Positions 40,232-49,362 of a stretch of DNA of 64,000 bases are shown here, one piece after another. The notes under the pieces are model-generated. The model made no database searches and was not told the origin of the DNA. It worked only from the letters and a program-made list of their open reading frames with translations. The stretch comes from Lachnospiraceae bacterium (GTDB lineage Bacteria > Bacillota > Clostridia > Lachnospirales > Lachnospiraceae), in NCBI GenBank assembly GCA_024699325.1, contig JAILPS010000006.1, positions 20,419 to 84,418 on the forward strand, read 5' to 3'. How positions within the stretch are numbered: position 1 is the stretch's first letter; the number at the start of each line of letters is the position of its first letter. Position numbers and translations under genes: made by a program.

Positions 40232-41113
40232 ATGAGCGATTATATAGTTAGGGCGACGGCGGCCGATCTTCGAATCAGGGCGTTTGCCGCGACCACAAGG
40301 GATATGGTTGAGTATGCGAGAGCTGCCCACGACACAAGCCCTGTTATGACGGCGGCCCTTGGAAGACTCCTCACAGCGGGAGCCATGATGGGCGTCACCA
40401 TGAAGGCGGACGACGATCTTCTGACTCTGAGAATAGAGGGCGACGGCCCGGCGGGCGGCGTGTGCGTGACAGCGGACAGCCACGGCAATGTCAAGGGCTA
40501 TGTGAATAATCCGAAGGTTTTGATACCTGCCAAGCCAAACCACAAGCTTGACGTTTCAGGCGCTATCGGAAGCGGAACGCTTCAGGTTATCAAGGACATA
40601 GGTCTTAAGGACCCGTATGTTGGACAGGTTAACTTAGTCAGCGGCGAGATTGCCGAGGACATAACATATTACTATGCAGTCAGCGAGCAGGTGCCATCCA
40701 CGGTTGCGCTGGGGGTCTTAATGGACCACGACAACACAGTCAAATGTGCCGGCGGCTTCATGATACAGCTCATGCCCGACGCGGGCGAGGAGGTTATAAG
40801 CGCTCTCGAGGAGAAGCTCAAGGGCTTTACAAGCATAACAGCGCTCCTCGAGGATGGCAAAACTCCTGAGGATATTCTCGCCATGTTTTTAGGCGACATG
40901 GGGCTTGAGATCACCGAGCGTGAGGAGTGCCGTTTTAAATGCAACTGCAGCAAGGACAGATTTGCAAGAGGCCTGATAAGCTTAGGAAGCAAGGAGCTTA
41001 ATTCGCTTATAGAAGAGAATGAACCAATAGAGGTCAACTGCCACTTCTGCTCTAAGAAATACACATATAGCGTGGAGGAACTGAGAGAACTGTTAAAAAA
41101 CGTCACACATTGA
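40232..41113 (+). CDS. hslO: Redox-regulated chaperone Hsp33
   Basis: 293 aa. The C-terminal zinc centre has CNC (FKCNCSKDR) and CHFC (NCHFCSKKY). Confidence 0.92.
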   Translation: MSDYIVRATAADLRIRAFAATTRDMVEYARAAHDTSPVMTAALGRLLTAGAMMGVTMKADDDLLTLRIEGDGPAGGVCVTADSHGNVKGYVNNPKVLIPAKPNHKLDVSGAIGSGTLQVIKDIGLKDPYVGQVNLVSGEIAEDITYYYAVSEQVPSTVALGVLMDHDNTVKCAGGFMIQLMPDAGEEVISALEEKLKGFTSITALLEDGKTPEDILAMFLGDMGLEITEREECRFKCNCSKDRFARGLISLGSKELNSLIEENEPIEVNCHFCSKKYTYSVEELRELLKNVTH

Positions 41114-41279
41114 CATGGTTTGTGGATATTGGGATGCAGTGAACTAATATATTAGAGTCACATACAGCGGCGTGCTGGCGTCTGTGACAGATGTGGAGTT
41201 AATATCTGTGCAGCCGGCTGAGACTGTTGTGGTTTTTTAGGTGCGATTATCATACGCCTATGCGGCGTAATTAGAAAAG

Positions 41280-41534
41280 GTGGATATGAACAAGAAGGTT
41301 AAGAGAGTGCTGGCGCTTATCGCGGTCGTTGCCATAATGGCAGTTTATGTTGTGGCGCTAATCTATGCTATTAAGGGCGGAAACATGGCGGTTCCTGTGG
41401 TCATGGCATGCCTTATGATATCTATGTATCTGGCGGTTTATTTTCACATTGGCAAGGTTCTGGCCGATGTGCTCAAAAAACACAGAGACAAAAAAATGCA
41501 ACAAAATAATAATTTTGAGGAAGAGGAACACTAA
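41280..41534 (+). CDS. Small two-TM membrane protein (84 aa), unknown function
   Basis: It has two hydrophobic helices and an acidic tail. Its stop overlaps the asnA start (TAATG). Confidence 0.5.
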   Translation: MDMNKKVKRVLALIAVVAIMAVYVVALIYAIKGGNMAVPVVMACLMISMYLAVYFHIGKVLADVLKKHRDKKMQQNNNFEEEEH

Positions 41535-42544
41535 TGGGAAAGACAATCATTCCAGAGGGTTACAGATCAGGACTTGATCTGCACGACACACAGATAGCCA
41601 TCAAGACTGTCAAAGATTATTTTCAGCTTCAGCTCTCACAGAGACTGAACCTTGCCAGAGTTTCAGCGCCGCTGTTCGTAGACCCGGCTTCGGGCCTTAA
41701 CGACAACCTAAACGGCGTGGAGAGACCTGTAGCATTCGATATTCTCGAGCAGAACGGTCGCATGGCAGAGGTTGTGCACTCTCTTGCGAAGTGGAAGAGA
41801 TACGCGCTGAGGAAGTACGGTTTCGGCTACGGCGAGGGAATCTACACAGATATGAACGCAATCAGACGCGACGAGGTGACAGACAACATCCACTCTATAT
41901 TTGTCGACCAGTGGGACTGGGAGAAGGTTATCGCTAAGGAGGAGAGAAACATTGAGACGCTTAAGAGCGTTGTGAGAAATGTTTACTCAGCCCTCAGAAA
42001 AACCGAGAAGTACATGTCCATACAGTACGATTACATCGAGGAGATACTGCCTCACGATATTTTCTTCATCACAACGGATGAGCTTGAGAGCATGTATCCT
42101 GACAAGACCCGCAAGGAGAGAGAGTATCTGATAGCTAAGGAGAAGGGCGCAGTGTGCCTGATGAAGATTGGCGATAAGCTCGCTGACGGCGAGCCACACG
42201 ACGGCAGAGCTCCTGACTATGACGACTGGGCTTTAAATGCTGACATTATAGTTTACTACCCTGTGCTTGACATATCGCTTGAGCTTTCCAGCATGGGCAT
42301 CAGAGTTGACGAGGTTTCTCTGGTGGAGCAGCTTAAGAAGGCCGGCTGCACAGAGAGAATGGAGCTTCCATTCCAGAGGGCAATCATCGAGAAGAAGCTT
42401 CCATACACCATCGGCGGCGGTATCGGTCAGTCCAGAATATGTATGTTCTTCCTCCGCAAAGCACACATCGGAGAGGTTCAGTCCTCCATGTGGCCTGAGG
42501 ACACAGTTAAGATTTGTGAGGAGAATAATATAGAGCTTCTCTAG
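41534..42544 (+). CDS. asnA: Aspartate--ammonia ligase (asparagine synthetase A)
   Basis: 336 aa with class-II aaRS-like AsnA blocks (RVSAPLFV, DQWDWE, GGGIGQSRICMFFL). Confidence 0.93.
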   Translation: MGKTIIPEGYRSGLDLHDTQIAIKTVKDYFQLQLSQRLNLARVSAPLFVDPASGLNDNLNGVERPVAFDILEQNGRMAEVVHSLAKWKRYALRKYGFGYGEGIYTDMNAIRRDEVTDNIHSIFVDQWDWEKVIAKEERNIETLKSVVRNVYSALRKTEKYMSIQYDYIEEILPHDIFFITTDELESMYPDKTRKEREYLIAKEKGAVCLMKIGDKLADGEPHDGRAPDYDDWALNADIIVYYPVLDISLELSSMGIRVDEVSLVEQLKKAGCTERMELPFQRAIIEKKLPYTIGGGIGQSRICMFFLRKAHIGEVQSSMWPEDTVKICEENNIELL

Positions 42545-42553
42545 GAGGGTGTC

Positions 42554-44164
42554 TTGGATAAGTCAGGTAAGAGAGATTTAATTGCTTATTTTTGTGCCCT
42601 GTTTATCTTGGCGATAAGCATTTTTACGATTTTTAATTTTATAGTGCAATCAGGGTGGGGCACGTACCACTCTGACTGCTCTGACAGCATGTACTGGGCG
42701 AAGGCGAGCGTGGATGCAGGAAAGCTGGTCAGCGATGATTTTAAATACGCGGCGCTGCTTCCGTTTGGCGGCAATCTTATATTTCAGCCCTTCGTGGCCA
42801 TGTTTGGCCTGTCCATGGCCACACAGATGGTGTCCATGTGCGTGTTCACGGTTCTTCTCATGGTGGGGTTGGTGCTGTTTTTTAAAAGCTTCGGCTACAG
42901 CATGAATTTTGCCTATATCGGCACCGCGCTGTTCTTCATATGCATGTCCGCAAGCGTCAAGCTTCGCGAGATTATGTGGCAGCACATCATCTACTATTCG
43001 CTTGGCATAATTCTGTTTTTGTATCTTACGGCTGCGGTTAACTATGCCCGCAAGGCGCTTGATGAGACGAAGGGCGTTAAGGATGTGAAAATGTGGGTGA
43101 TGATTATTCTCACATTTATAGTAGGATTTCTATGCGGCGGCAACGGCATGCAGATTATTCTGCTGTCAGTTTTCCCGGTGGTTATGGGAGTTGCCGGAAG
43201 GGTTTATCTTAAAAACACCTCCATGGGATTTAAGGAGAATAAGAGCTCATATATTATGATTGCGGTGTTGGGCTTAGCCACTGTGGCAGGTCTGATTGGC
43301 TTATATGTTGTAAGCCACGGCGTAAGCGCAGGATATCAGAACGCCTACTCAACCTACTCGGATATGGACAACTGGGCGGATAACCTCCTTAAGTTTCCCA
43401 ACCAGTGGTATTCGCTCTTAGGCGTGGATATAAGCGGCGGTGAGCCTCTGATAAGCCTCGACTCAATCATGGTAATGCTTAGAATCTTCTACGGTCTGGT
43501 GTTACTTATCATGCCTTTTGTGCTGCTCTTCAGGTATAAGCATCTGGAGAGTGACAGCCTTAAGTTCATGGTTATCGCGCATCTGGGCATGAGCGCATTT
43601 GTGCTGTTTGGATATATATTTGGCAAGCTCTCAGCAGCAAACTGGAGACTGACGCCTGTTTACGCCACAGCATTTTTGACATGCTTCATGTACGCGAAGG
43701 AGAGGATGGGAAGCCTGGCCAAGCTTGCATATCCGCTGTTTGCCATGATCATGGGCTTTAGTCTGGTGGTGCTTATAGATGTGTATTCCATCCCATCAAA
43801 CAGCATCGAGGACAATGTAAACTACAAGCTTGCGCAGACTCTTAAGGAGCATGAGCTTACGAGGGGGTATGCTACGTTCTGGCACGCGGGAAGCGTGACC
43901 GTGCTCTCGGACGGCTATACGCAGTCCGTATCTGTCACCATAGACGATAAGGGCGTGAGCCCCTATTACTATCAGAACGAGAGGGTATGGTTTGAGGATG
44001 TTAAGGGGCAGGATAATTACTACCTGATACTTTCTAAGGGCGAGCTCTCAACCATCGAGAAGTCCTCGACGAAATGGCCGGGTGTCCTGGCAGATGCCAC
44101 AGAGGTTATCGAGAGTGAAGGCTACTACATCTATGTTTTTGATGAGAATCTGCCGTTTAACTAG
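42554..44164 (+). CDS. Large polytopic membrane protein, possibly a GT-C-type glycosyltransferase
   Basis: 536 aa with a TTG start and about 12 hydrophobic segments. It has an early extracytoplasmic-loop acidic motif (DCSDSMYW) and a C-terminal soluble domain. I recognise no firm family. Confidence 0.55.
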   Translation: MDKSGKRDLIAYFCALFILAISIFTIFNFIVQSGWGTYHSDCSDSMYWAKASVDAGKLVSDDFKYAALLPFGGNLIFQPFVAMFGLSMATQMVSMCVFTVLLMVGLVLFFKSFGYSMNFAYIGTALFFICMSASVKLREIMWQHIIYYSLGIILFLYLTAAVNYARKALDETKGVKDVKMWVMIILTFIVGFLCGGNGMQIILLSVFPVVMGVAGRVYLKNTSMGFKENKSSYIMIAVLGLATVAGLIGLYVVSHGVSAGYQNAYSTYSDMDNWADNLLKFPNQWYSLLGVDISGGEPLISLDSIMVMLRIFYGLVLLIMPFVLLFRYKHLESDSLKFMVIAHLGMSAFVLFGYIFGKLSAANWRLTPVYATAFLTCFMYAKERMGSLAKLAYPLFAMIMGFSLVVLIDVYSIPSNSIEDNVNYKLAQTLKEHELTRGYATFWHAGSVTVLSDGYTQSVSVTIDDKGVSPYYYQNERVWFEDVKGQDNYYLILSKGELSTIEKSSTKWPGVLADATEVIESEGYYIYVFDENLPFN

Positions 44165-44175
44165 ATAATGAACTA

Positions 44176-44203
44176 AAAAGAAGGGGTCTAGGCCCCTTCT
44201 TTT
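44176..44203. terminator. Bidirectional terminator between convergent genes
   Basis: AAAAGAAGGGG-tctagg-CCCCTTCTTTT. Confidence 0.85.
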
Positions 44204-45002
44204 ATAGTTTATATGTGACTTCCCTTCTGTTTTCAAATCTTATATAGTTTGTAAAACCGCACTCCTTAAGAACCTTCGCCGTCTCTTTGAAACCGTATCC
44301 TATGTGCTCGGGAGCGTGTGCGTCTGAGCCGAGCGTTATGCGGCTTCCGCCAAGTTCGGCGTAGCGCTTCAGAATATCGGGGTGGGGGTGTGCATAGCCC
44401 AGGCCGTATTTAAGCCCTGCGGTGTTTATCTCTAAGCATTTGCCCCTCTCGATTATTATGCGAAGAATCTCGTCTATCTGGTCCTTAAAATCCAGCCAGG
44501 TGTAGTGGTTTTCTTCCTCAGGAACATATCTGAAAATATAGTCCAGGTGTCCAAATGTGTCGTAGAAGTCGTACATTTTCAGGCAGTCGATGGCCGACTG
44601 GAAGTATCTGTAGAGCCCCTCGTAGGCACCCTTATCCTGCCAGTACTCCTTATAGTAGGGGTCGTAGCCGTCCACCACGTGGATGGAGCCGATGATAAAA
44701 TCGAAGGGGTGGGATGAGGCGATGGAGTTTAAGAGCTCCTCCTGGTCAGTCCTCATGCCAAGCTCGAGTCCAATCTGCACGTCGATTTTGCCGGCGTATT
44801 CCTCGCGCACGGTGCGCATCTGCTTAAAGTAGTTTTCAAAGTCCAGGCTGAACATGTCAGGCTCTACCGGAAAGTCCGGGTCGCAGTGATCTGTAAATGT
44901 TATGCCGCCAAGTCCCTTCGATATGGCGGCCTCAATCTGGGCTCTTACAGGGGCATCGCTGTCCCCCGAAAAACATGTATGTGTGTGGTTGTCAGTTAAC
45001 AT
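44202..45002 (-). CDS. PHP-family histidinol-phosphatase (HisJ/HisK type)
   Basis: 266 aa. The N-terminal DNHTHTCFSGDS metal-binding motif and downstream His/Asp ligands are typical of PHP phosphoesterases. Confidence 0.85.
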   Translation of the reverse strand: MLTDNHTHTCFSGDSDAPVRAQIEAAISKGLGGITFTDHCDPDFPVEPDMFSLDFENYFKQMRTVREEYAGKIDVQIGLELGMRTDQEELLNSIASSHPFDFIIGSIHVVDGYDPYYKEYWQDKGAYEGLYRYFQSAIDCLKMYDFYDTFGHLDYIFRYVPEEENHYTWLDFKDQIDEILRIIIERGKCLEINTAGLKYGLGYAHPHPDILKRYAELGGSRITLGSDAHAPEHIGYGFKETAKVLKECGFTNYIRFENRREVTYKL

Positions 45003-45195
45003 AATTAACCTTCCTCCCTTATGTGTTAGTCTTAACCAACTTATAATAGCAGATTAAAAGTGGTGTTTCAACATTTATAGCGTTTTTTGTGCGATAACAG
45101 CATAAAAAAGTACTTGATTTAAACATTTTTTTGTAATAGACTAGAATTCGATTTTTTATAGAGATTTATACAGTAGTTACGTTTTAGGAGAAGAC

Positions 45196-45666
45196 ATGGG
45201 TTGGCTTTATGAACTTACACACAATGTTGTGTTGATGTCAGGCTGCAGCGCCTGGGTTGTGGCTCAGGTGATTAAGTTTTTTATTCACGCGGCTATATAT
45301 AAGACATTTAGAATGGAGAGACTGTTTGGCGACGGCGGAATGCCAAGCGCACACTCAGCAACAGTTACCTCCATGGCGGTTGCGACGGCTATCACAGAGG
45401 GCGTCGGAACATTTCAGTTTGCAATAGCTGCCATGCTCGCCATCATCGTCATGCACGATGCCATGGGAGTCAGACGCGAGACCGGCAAACAGTCGGTGGT
45501 TTTGAACGAAATCATCGAGATGTTCAACTCTATGCAGATTGACGGCAACTGGAGCGACGAGAAGCTGAAGGAGTTTGTGGGACACACACCACTTCAGGTT
45601 GCGGCAGGCTTTATTGTCGGCGCGATAGTTGGATGTGTCATGGGATTCGTAGTGTTTGCAGCATAA
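45196..45666 (+). CDS. Divergent PAP2-family membrane protein (DUF212/YuiD-like)
   Basis: 156 aa with the GGMPSAHSATV motif and 4 TM segments. Confidence 0.75.
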   Translation: MGWLYELTHNVVLMSGCSAWVVAQVIKFFIHAAIYKTFRMERLFGDGGMPSAHSATVTSMAVATAITEGVGTFQFAIAAMLAIIVMHDAMGVRRETGKQSVVLNEIIEMFNSMQIDGNWSDEKLKEFVGHTPLQVAAGFIVGAIVGCVMGFVVFAA

Positions 45667-45717
45667 TGTTGATACCTGTGGGGGATTGACAGATGTTTGG
45701 ATATTAGGAGGATGATT

Positions 45718-47037
45718 ATGAAGAAGGTAGTCAAGTTTGGCGGAAGCTCTTGCGCTTCAGCTGCACAGTTTAAGAAGGTTGGCGACATCATCAGAGGCGA
45801 GGACGCCAGAAGATATGTTGTAGTATCTGCGCCAGGTAAGCGTTACAATGCCGACACCAAGGTCACAGATATGCTCTATAAGGCATATGCCCTTGCAGAG
45901 AAGGATGAGGATTTCACTAAGGTTTTAGACGATATTAAGGCCCGCTATCAGGAGATTATTGACGGACTTGGCTTAAGCTTAAACTTAGACGACGAATTCA
46001 AGACTATTGCTGAGCAGTTTAAGGCTCACGCAGGAAGCGACTACGCAGCTTCAAGAGGAGAGTATTTAAACGGTTTAGTGGCTGCCAACTATCTGGGCTA
46101 CGAGTTTATCGACGCTGCCGACGTTATCTTCTTTGACAATGACGGAAACTTCCTTCCTGATGAGACCAACGATGTGTTATCTAAGCGTCTCGAGGGCGTG
46201 GACAGAGCAGTGGTTCCAGGCTTCTACGGCTCTAAGCTTGACGGAACAGTCAAGACATTTTCAAGAGGCGGTTCAGATGTCACAGGTTCAATCGTGGCTA
46301 AGGCTGTTCACGCAGACATTTACGAGAACTGGACAGATGTAAGTGGATTTTTGGTTGCCGACCCTAGAATTATCGACAGACCGAAGGCCATCACCATGAT
46401 CACATATAAGGAGCTTCGAGAGCTCGCATACATGGGTGCCGGAGTTTTACACGAGGACGCCATCTTCCCTGTCCGCAAGGAGGGCATCCCGATCAACATC
46501 AGAAACACCAACGCTCCTGACGATCCGGGAACAATGATCGTTGAGAGCACATGTGCCAAGTCAGAGTACACAATCACAGGTATCGCCGGCAAGAAGGGCT
46601 TCGTTGGCGTATACATTGAGAAGGATATGATGAACTCTGAGATAGGTTTCGGCCGCAAGGTTTTACAGGCCTTCGAGGATTACAACATCTCATTCGAGCA
46701 CATGCCATCAGGCATCGACACCATGACAATCGTCGTTCACCAGAGCGAGTTTGAGCAGAAGGAGCAGCAGGTTTTAGCTGCCATCCACAGATTGGCTCAG
46801 CCTGACACAGTTAACTTAGTCACAGACATGGCGCTCATCGCAGTCGTAGGTCGTGGCATGAAGGACAACCGCGGTACAGCAGGCCGTATCTTCTCAGCTC
46901 TCGCACATGCCCACATCAACATCATGATGATCGACCAGGGCTCATCAGAGCAGAACATCATCATCGGCGTTGACAATAAGGACTTCGAGATGGCCATCAG
47001 AGCTATCTATGATATATTTGTAACTACAAGATCATAA
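45718..47037 (+). CDS. Aspartate kinase
   Basis: The track ORF starts at 45697. ATG 45718 has AGGAGG 6 nt upstream. It has the MKKVVKFGGSS kinase N-terminus and two C-terminal ACT-like regions. Confidence 0.92.
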   Translation: MKKVVKFGGSSCASAAQFKKVGDIIRGEDARRYVVVSAPGKRYNADTKVTDMLYKAYALAEKDEDFTKVLDDIKARYQEIIDGLGLSLNLDDEFKTIAEQFKAHAGSDYAASRGEYLNGLVAANYLGYEFIDAADVIFFDNDGNFLPDETNDVLSKRLEGVDRAVVPGFYGSKLDGTVKTFSRGGSDVTGSIVAKAVHADIYENWTDVSGFLVADPRIIDRPKAITMITYKELRELAYMGAGVLHEDAIFPVRKEGIPINIRNTNAPDDPGTMIVESTCAKSEYTITGIAGKKGFVGVYIEKDMMNSEIGFGRKVLQAFEDYNISFEHMPSGIDTMTIVVHQSEFEQKEQQVLAAIHRLAQPDTVNLVTDMALIAVVGRGMKDNRGTAGRIFSALAHAHINIMMIDQGSSEQNIIIGVDNKDFEMAIRAIYDIFVTTRS

Positions 47038-47058
47038 TTAAACATGTTTTGTTCTTAC

Positions 47059-47098
47059 AAAAGACTCTGTCCACTTACCGGACAGAGTCTTTTATTTT
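47059..47098 (+). terminator. Rho-independent terminator after aspartate kinase
   Basis: AAAAGACTCTGTCC-acttac-cGGACAGAGTCTTTT followed by ATTTT. Confidence 0.85.
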
Positions 47099-47114
47099 AC
47101 AAATATTTATATCG

Positions 47115-47143
47115 TTGACATATTATTAACTCAATATTAAAAT
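47115..47143 (+). promoter_or_regulatory. Promoter TTGACA-N17-TAAAAT
   Basis: -35 at 47115-47120 and -10 at 47138-47143, at the start of the AT-rich islet. Confidence 0.45.
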
Positions 47144-47282
47144 TCAAGTTATAATTCAGGCTAACGTTTAACATTAGAAAATGAATTTACACGCAAAATT
47201 GGACTTGACTATAGTTGATGAGAGAGTATAACAATTAAAATGAATTGACGGAAATTTATATTGAGAAAGGAAGGTGAGTGGT

Positions 47283-47678
47283 ATGAAGAAAATAAGATAT
47301 CATCATATTTGCATCGCTTTTGAAGTGTTATGTATTGCATTGGCATTAAATCCTTATGCAAGATGTTTTAACTATGGAGGAGCCTCTTATCAGTATGCGA
47401 GTTATATAAAAGCATTTGGATTAAATACAATAGATGCAATATGTTTTGGCTTGATGGTCATCAACCTAATGGCATCCATTTTTTATGTTATACATCCTAA
47501 ACGTTTTATTACTGTAACAAAAAAAGAAGCGATAGGAGTTTCCGTTGTTTCGGAACTGGCTTTTGTTCTGTCGCTTATAATTCAAAAAGACGGAATAAAA
47601 ATAACTTTGACCCAGTTGATCATTGCTTTATTAATGCTGGCTGTTGTTATATTGCGTGCTATGGAGAAAACTGATTGA
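47283..47678 (+). CDS. Hypothetical 4-TM membrane protein
   Basis: The track ORF starts at GTG 47274. ATG 47283 follows AAGGAAGG. The gene is AT-rich with atypical composition. Confidence 0.5.
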   Translation: MKKIRYHHICIAFEVLCIALALNPYARCFNYGGASYQYASYIKAFGLNTIDAICFGLMVINLMASIFYVIHPKRFITVTKKEAIGVSVVSELAFVLSLIIQKDGIKITLTQLIIALLMLAVVILRAMEKTD

Positions 47679-47833
47679 TCTCTAAGACATTAGTCTCTTG
47701 TTTTTTCACACACTCATTTAAGAAAATCAAAGATAGTATCATACTGCGTGAGTGTATCTTTGTCCATCCTGTTCCAGAAACGGGATAATGTAGGCTGTGA
47801 AGCCAGAGCATCCCACCGCGTGACGGTGAATAA

Positions 47834-47941
47834 TTCAGGCTTACGGATGAGAAGAAAACTGTTATTGTGGTTACCCATGATGAACATGTGGCGGCTATGG
47901 CTGACTATATTATCAGAATCGAGGATGGAAGGATACTGTAG
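47834..47941 (+). pseudogene. Remnant of the C-terminal end of an ABC-transporter ATPase gene
   Basis: This frame reads FRLTDEKKTVIVVTHDEHVAAMADYIIRIEDGRIL*, the typical H-loop region and C-terminus of MacB/LolD-type ATPases. A stop lies immediately upstream, and no Walker motifs are present. Confidence 0.6.
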
Positions 47942-48156
47942 AACTTGTACAGGCGGTATGATTTGATTTGCGCAATATTTTGCACAAAAACCTTGTTAAA
48001 TTCCACAATGGTTAACTTGCGGTGGGTGTGCAAAGTGACGAAATTTAAAAAAATGCCTTCATTTTAATGACAATTGAACAAAAAAAGTGTTAGAATACTA
48101 ACAATGTTGGTTTGATTTAGTTGTTTTTGGCCGAAAGGTAGTTTGGAGGTATTAAA

Positions 48157-48516
48157 ATGTATGAAGGGATGACAGTTGTTCATGGTAAGTTCGGATCAGG
48201 CACAGTGGTAGCACTCGAAGATAACAGAATCCGTGTGCAGTTTGCCGCAGAGGGAGAGAAGGCTTTCCCGTATCCTGATTCATTTGAAAAGTTTTTAAAA
48301 TTTGTTGATGATAAGGCTCAGAGCGAGGTTATGGATGAACTCGAGGGCAAGAAAAATGCTGATGAGAAGGCTTTGAGAGAGAGAACTATCATGTTCAGAC
48401 AGAAGGATTTAGAGCGCAGGAAGGAGCGCAAGGAGAAGGCCAAGAAGGCTAAGAAGCTGGCTCAGGTCAAGTCACTTCCCGTGACTGAGGCGCAGGAACA
48501 GGCATCAGGAATATAG
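48157..48516 (+). CDS. Small protein with an N-terminal Tudor/SH3-like domain (UvrD/PcrA C-terminal-like) and a Lys/Glu-rich tail
   Basis: 119 aa. GMTVVHGKFGSGTVVALEDNRIRVQF resembles the DUF3553 / helicase C-terminal motif, and the tail is RRKERKEKAKKAKK. Confidence 0.55.
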   Translation: MYEGMTVVHGKFGSGTVVALEDNRIRVQFAAEGEKAFPYPDSFEKFLKFVDDKAQSEVMDELEGKKNADEKALRERTIMFRQKDLERRKERKEKAKKAKKLAQVKSLPVTEAQEQASGI

Positions 48517-48521
48517 TATTA

Positions 48522-48558
48522 ACGGCTTAAGAACATGGTTCTTAAGCCGTTTTGTTTT
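48522..48558. terminator. Bidirectional terminator between convergent genes
   Basis: ACGGCTTAAGAAC-atg-GTTCTTAAGCCGT followed by TTTGTTTT. Confidence 0.8.
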
Positions 48559-49201
48559 AGAAGAATCTTAAAATATCCGAGGGGGTGTCGGCAATCATTG
48601 TGGCGCCGTTATTCTCTAAGAATTCTCTGCCCCTGAACCCCCAGGCGCAACCTATGCAGGGGAGGGAGGCGTTCTTAGCGGTTGCGAGGTCCACATCCGA
48701 GTCGCCTATGTACACAGCATCCGCTCTGTCAAAGCCCAGTTTATGAAGTATAAGATTGACTGAATCCGGGGCTGGTTTTCGTCTCATGTCAGGTCTGTCG
48801 CCAGCGTATGCGTCAAACAAACCGTCAAAATATGTCTCGCACAGCTCGCCAACTGCCGCCTCAGCCTTGTTAGAGACCACCGCTGTGGCAATCCCCCTAC
48901 TTCTGAGCGTTTTGATAAGCTCGTTTATGCCCGCGTACGGGCCGGTCTTAACGGCGCAGTGCTCCTGATAGTAGGGAATAAATACGCCAAACAGCCTGTC
49001 AATCTCTGCGTCAGGCGCGCCCTCGGGAAGGGCTCTCTCTATAAGTTTTCTTATACCATTTCCAACAAACCATCTGATTTCCTCGAGAGTTCTGGCGGGG
49101 TAGCCGCACGCCTTAAGCGTGTAGTTGGTGGCATCCGCCAAATCCTCAAGCGTGTCAAGAATGGTTCCGTCCATGTCAAATATCGCTAATCTGTATTTCA
49201 T
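48557..49201 (-). CDS. HAD-family hydrolase (phosphoglycolate phosphatase-like)
   Basis: The track ORF extends to 49288. ATG 49201 (MKYRLAIFDMDGTILDT) is preceded by AAGGAG and carries HAD motif I, DMDGT. Confidence 0.85.
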   Translation of the reverse strand: MKYRLAIFDMDGTILDTLEDLADATNYTLKACGYPARTLEEIRWFVGNGIRKLIERALPEGAPDAEIDRLFGVFIPYYQEHCAVKTGPYAGINELIKTLRSRGIATAVVSNKAEAAVGELCETYFDGLFDAYAGDRPDMRRKPAPDSVNLILHKLGFDRADAVYIGDSDVDLATAKNASLPCIGCAWGFRGREFLENNGATMIADTPSDILRFF

Positions 49202-49362
49202 AAATAATCCACTCCTTGTGCATGGAAATACTAGCACAGTTTGGCAGGAGTTACAAGTTTGGGAAAATGTGTTTGCAAAATAGAGCATAAGACTTGATAA
49301 AACAGCCTTTAATGTGGTAAAGTAATTAAAGTTTTAACACGTTAAAGTGAATGGAGGCATTT

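Noticed and set aside
41114-41279. Possible structured RNA or T-box between hslO and the small ORF/asnA.
   Set aside because: Only short (5-6 bp) hairpins could be found by eye. There is no conserved riboswitch core and no T-tract terminator, so evidence is insufficient.
47748-47966. 72-aa track ORF in the AT-rich islet.
   Set aside because: Its translation has no features. A different frame over the same DNA gives a clear ABC-ATPase C-terminal remnant, so the region is better explained as a pseudogene fragment.
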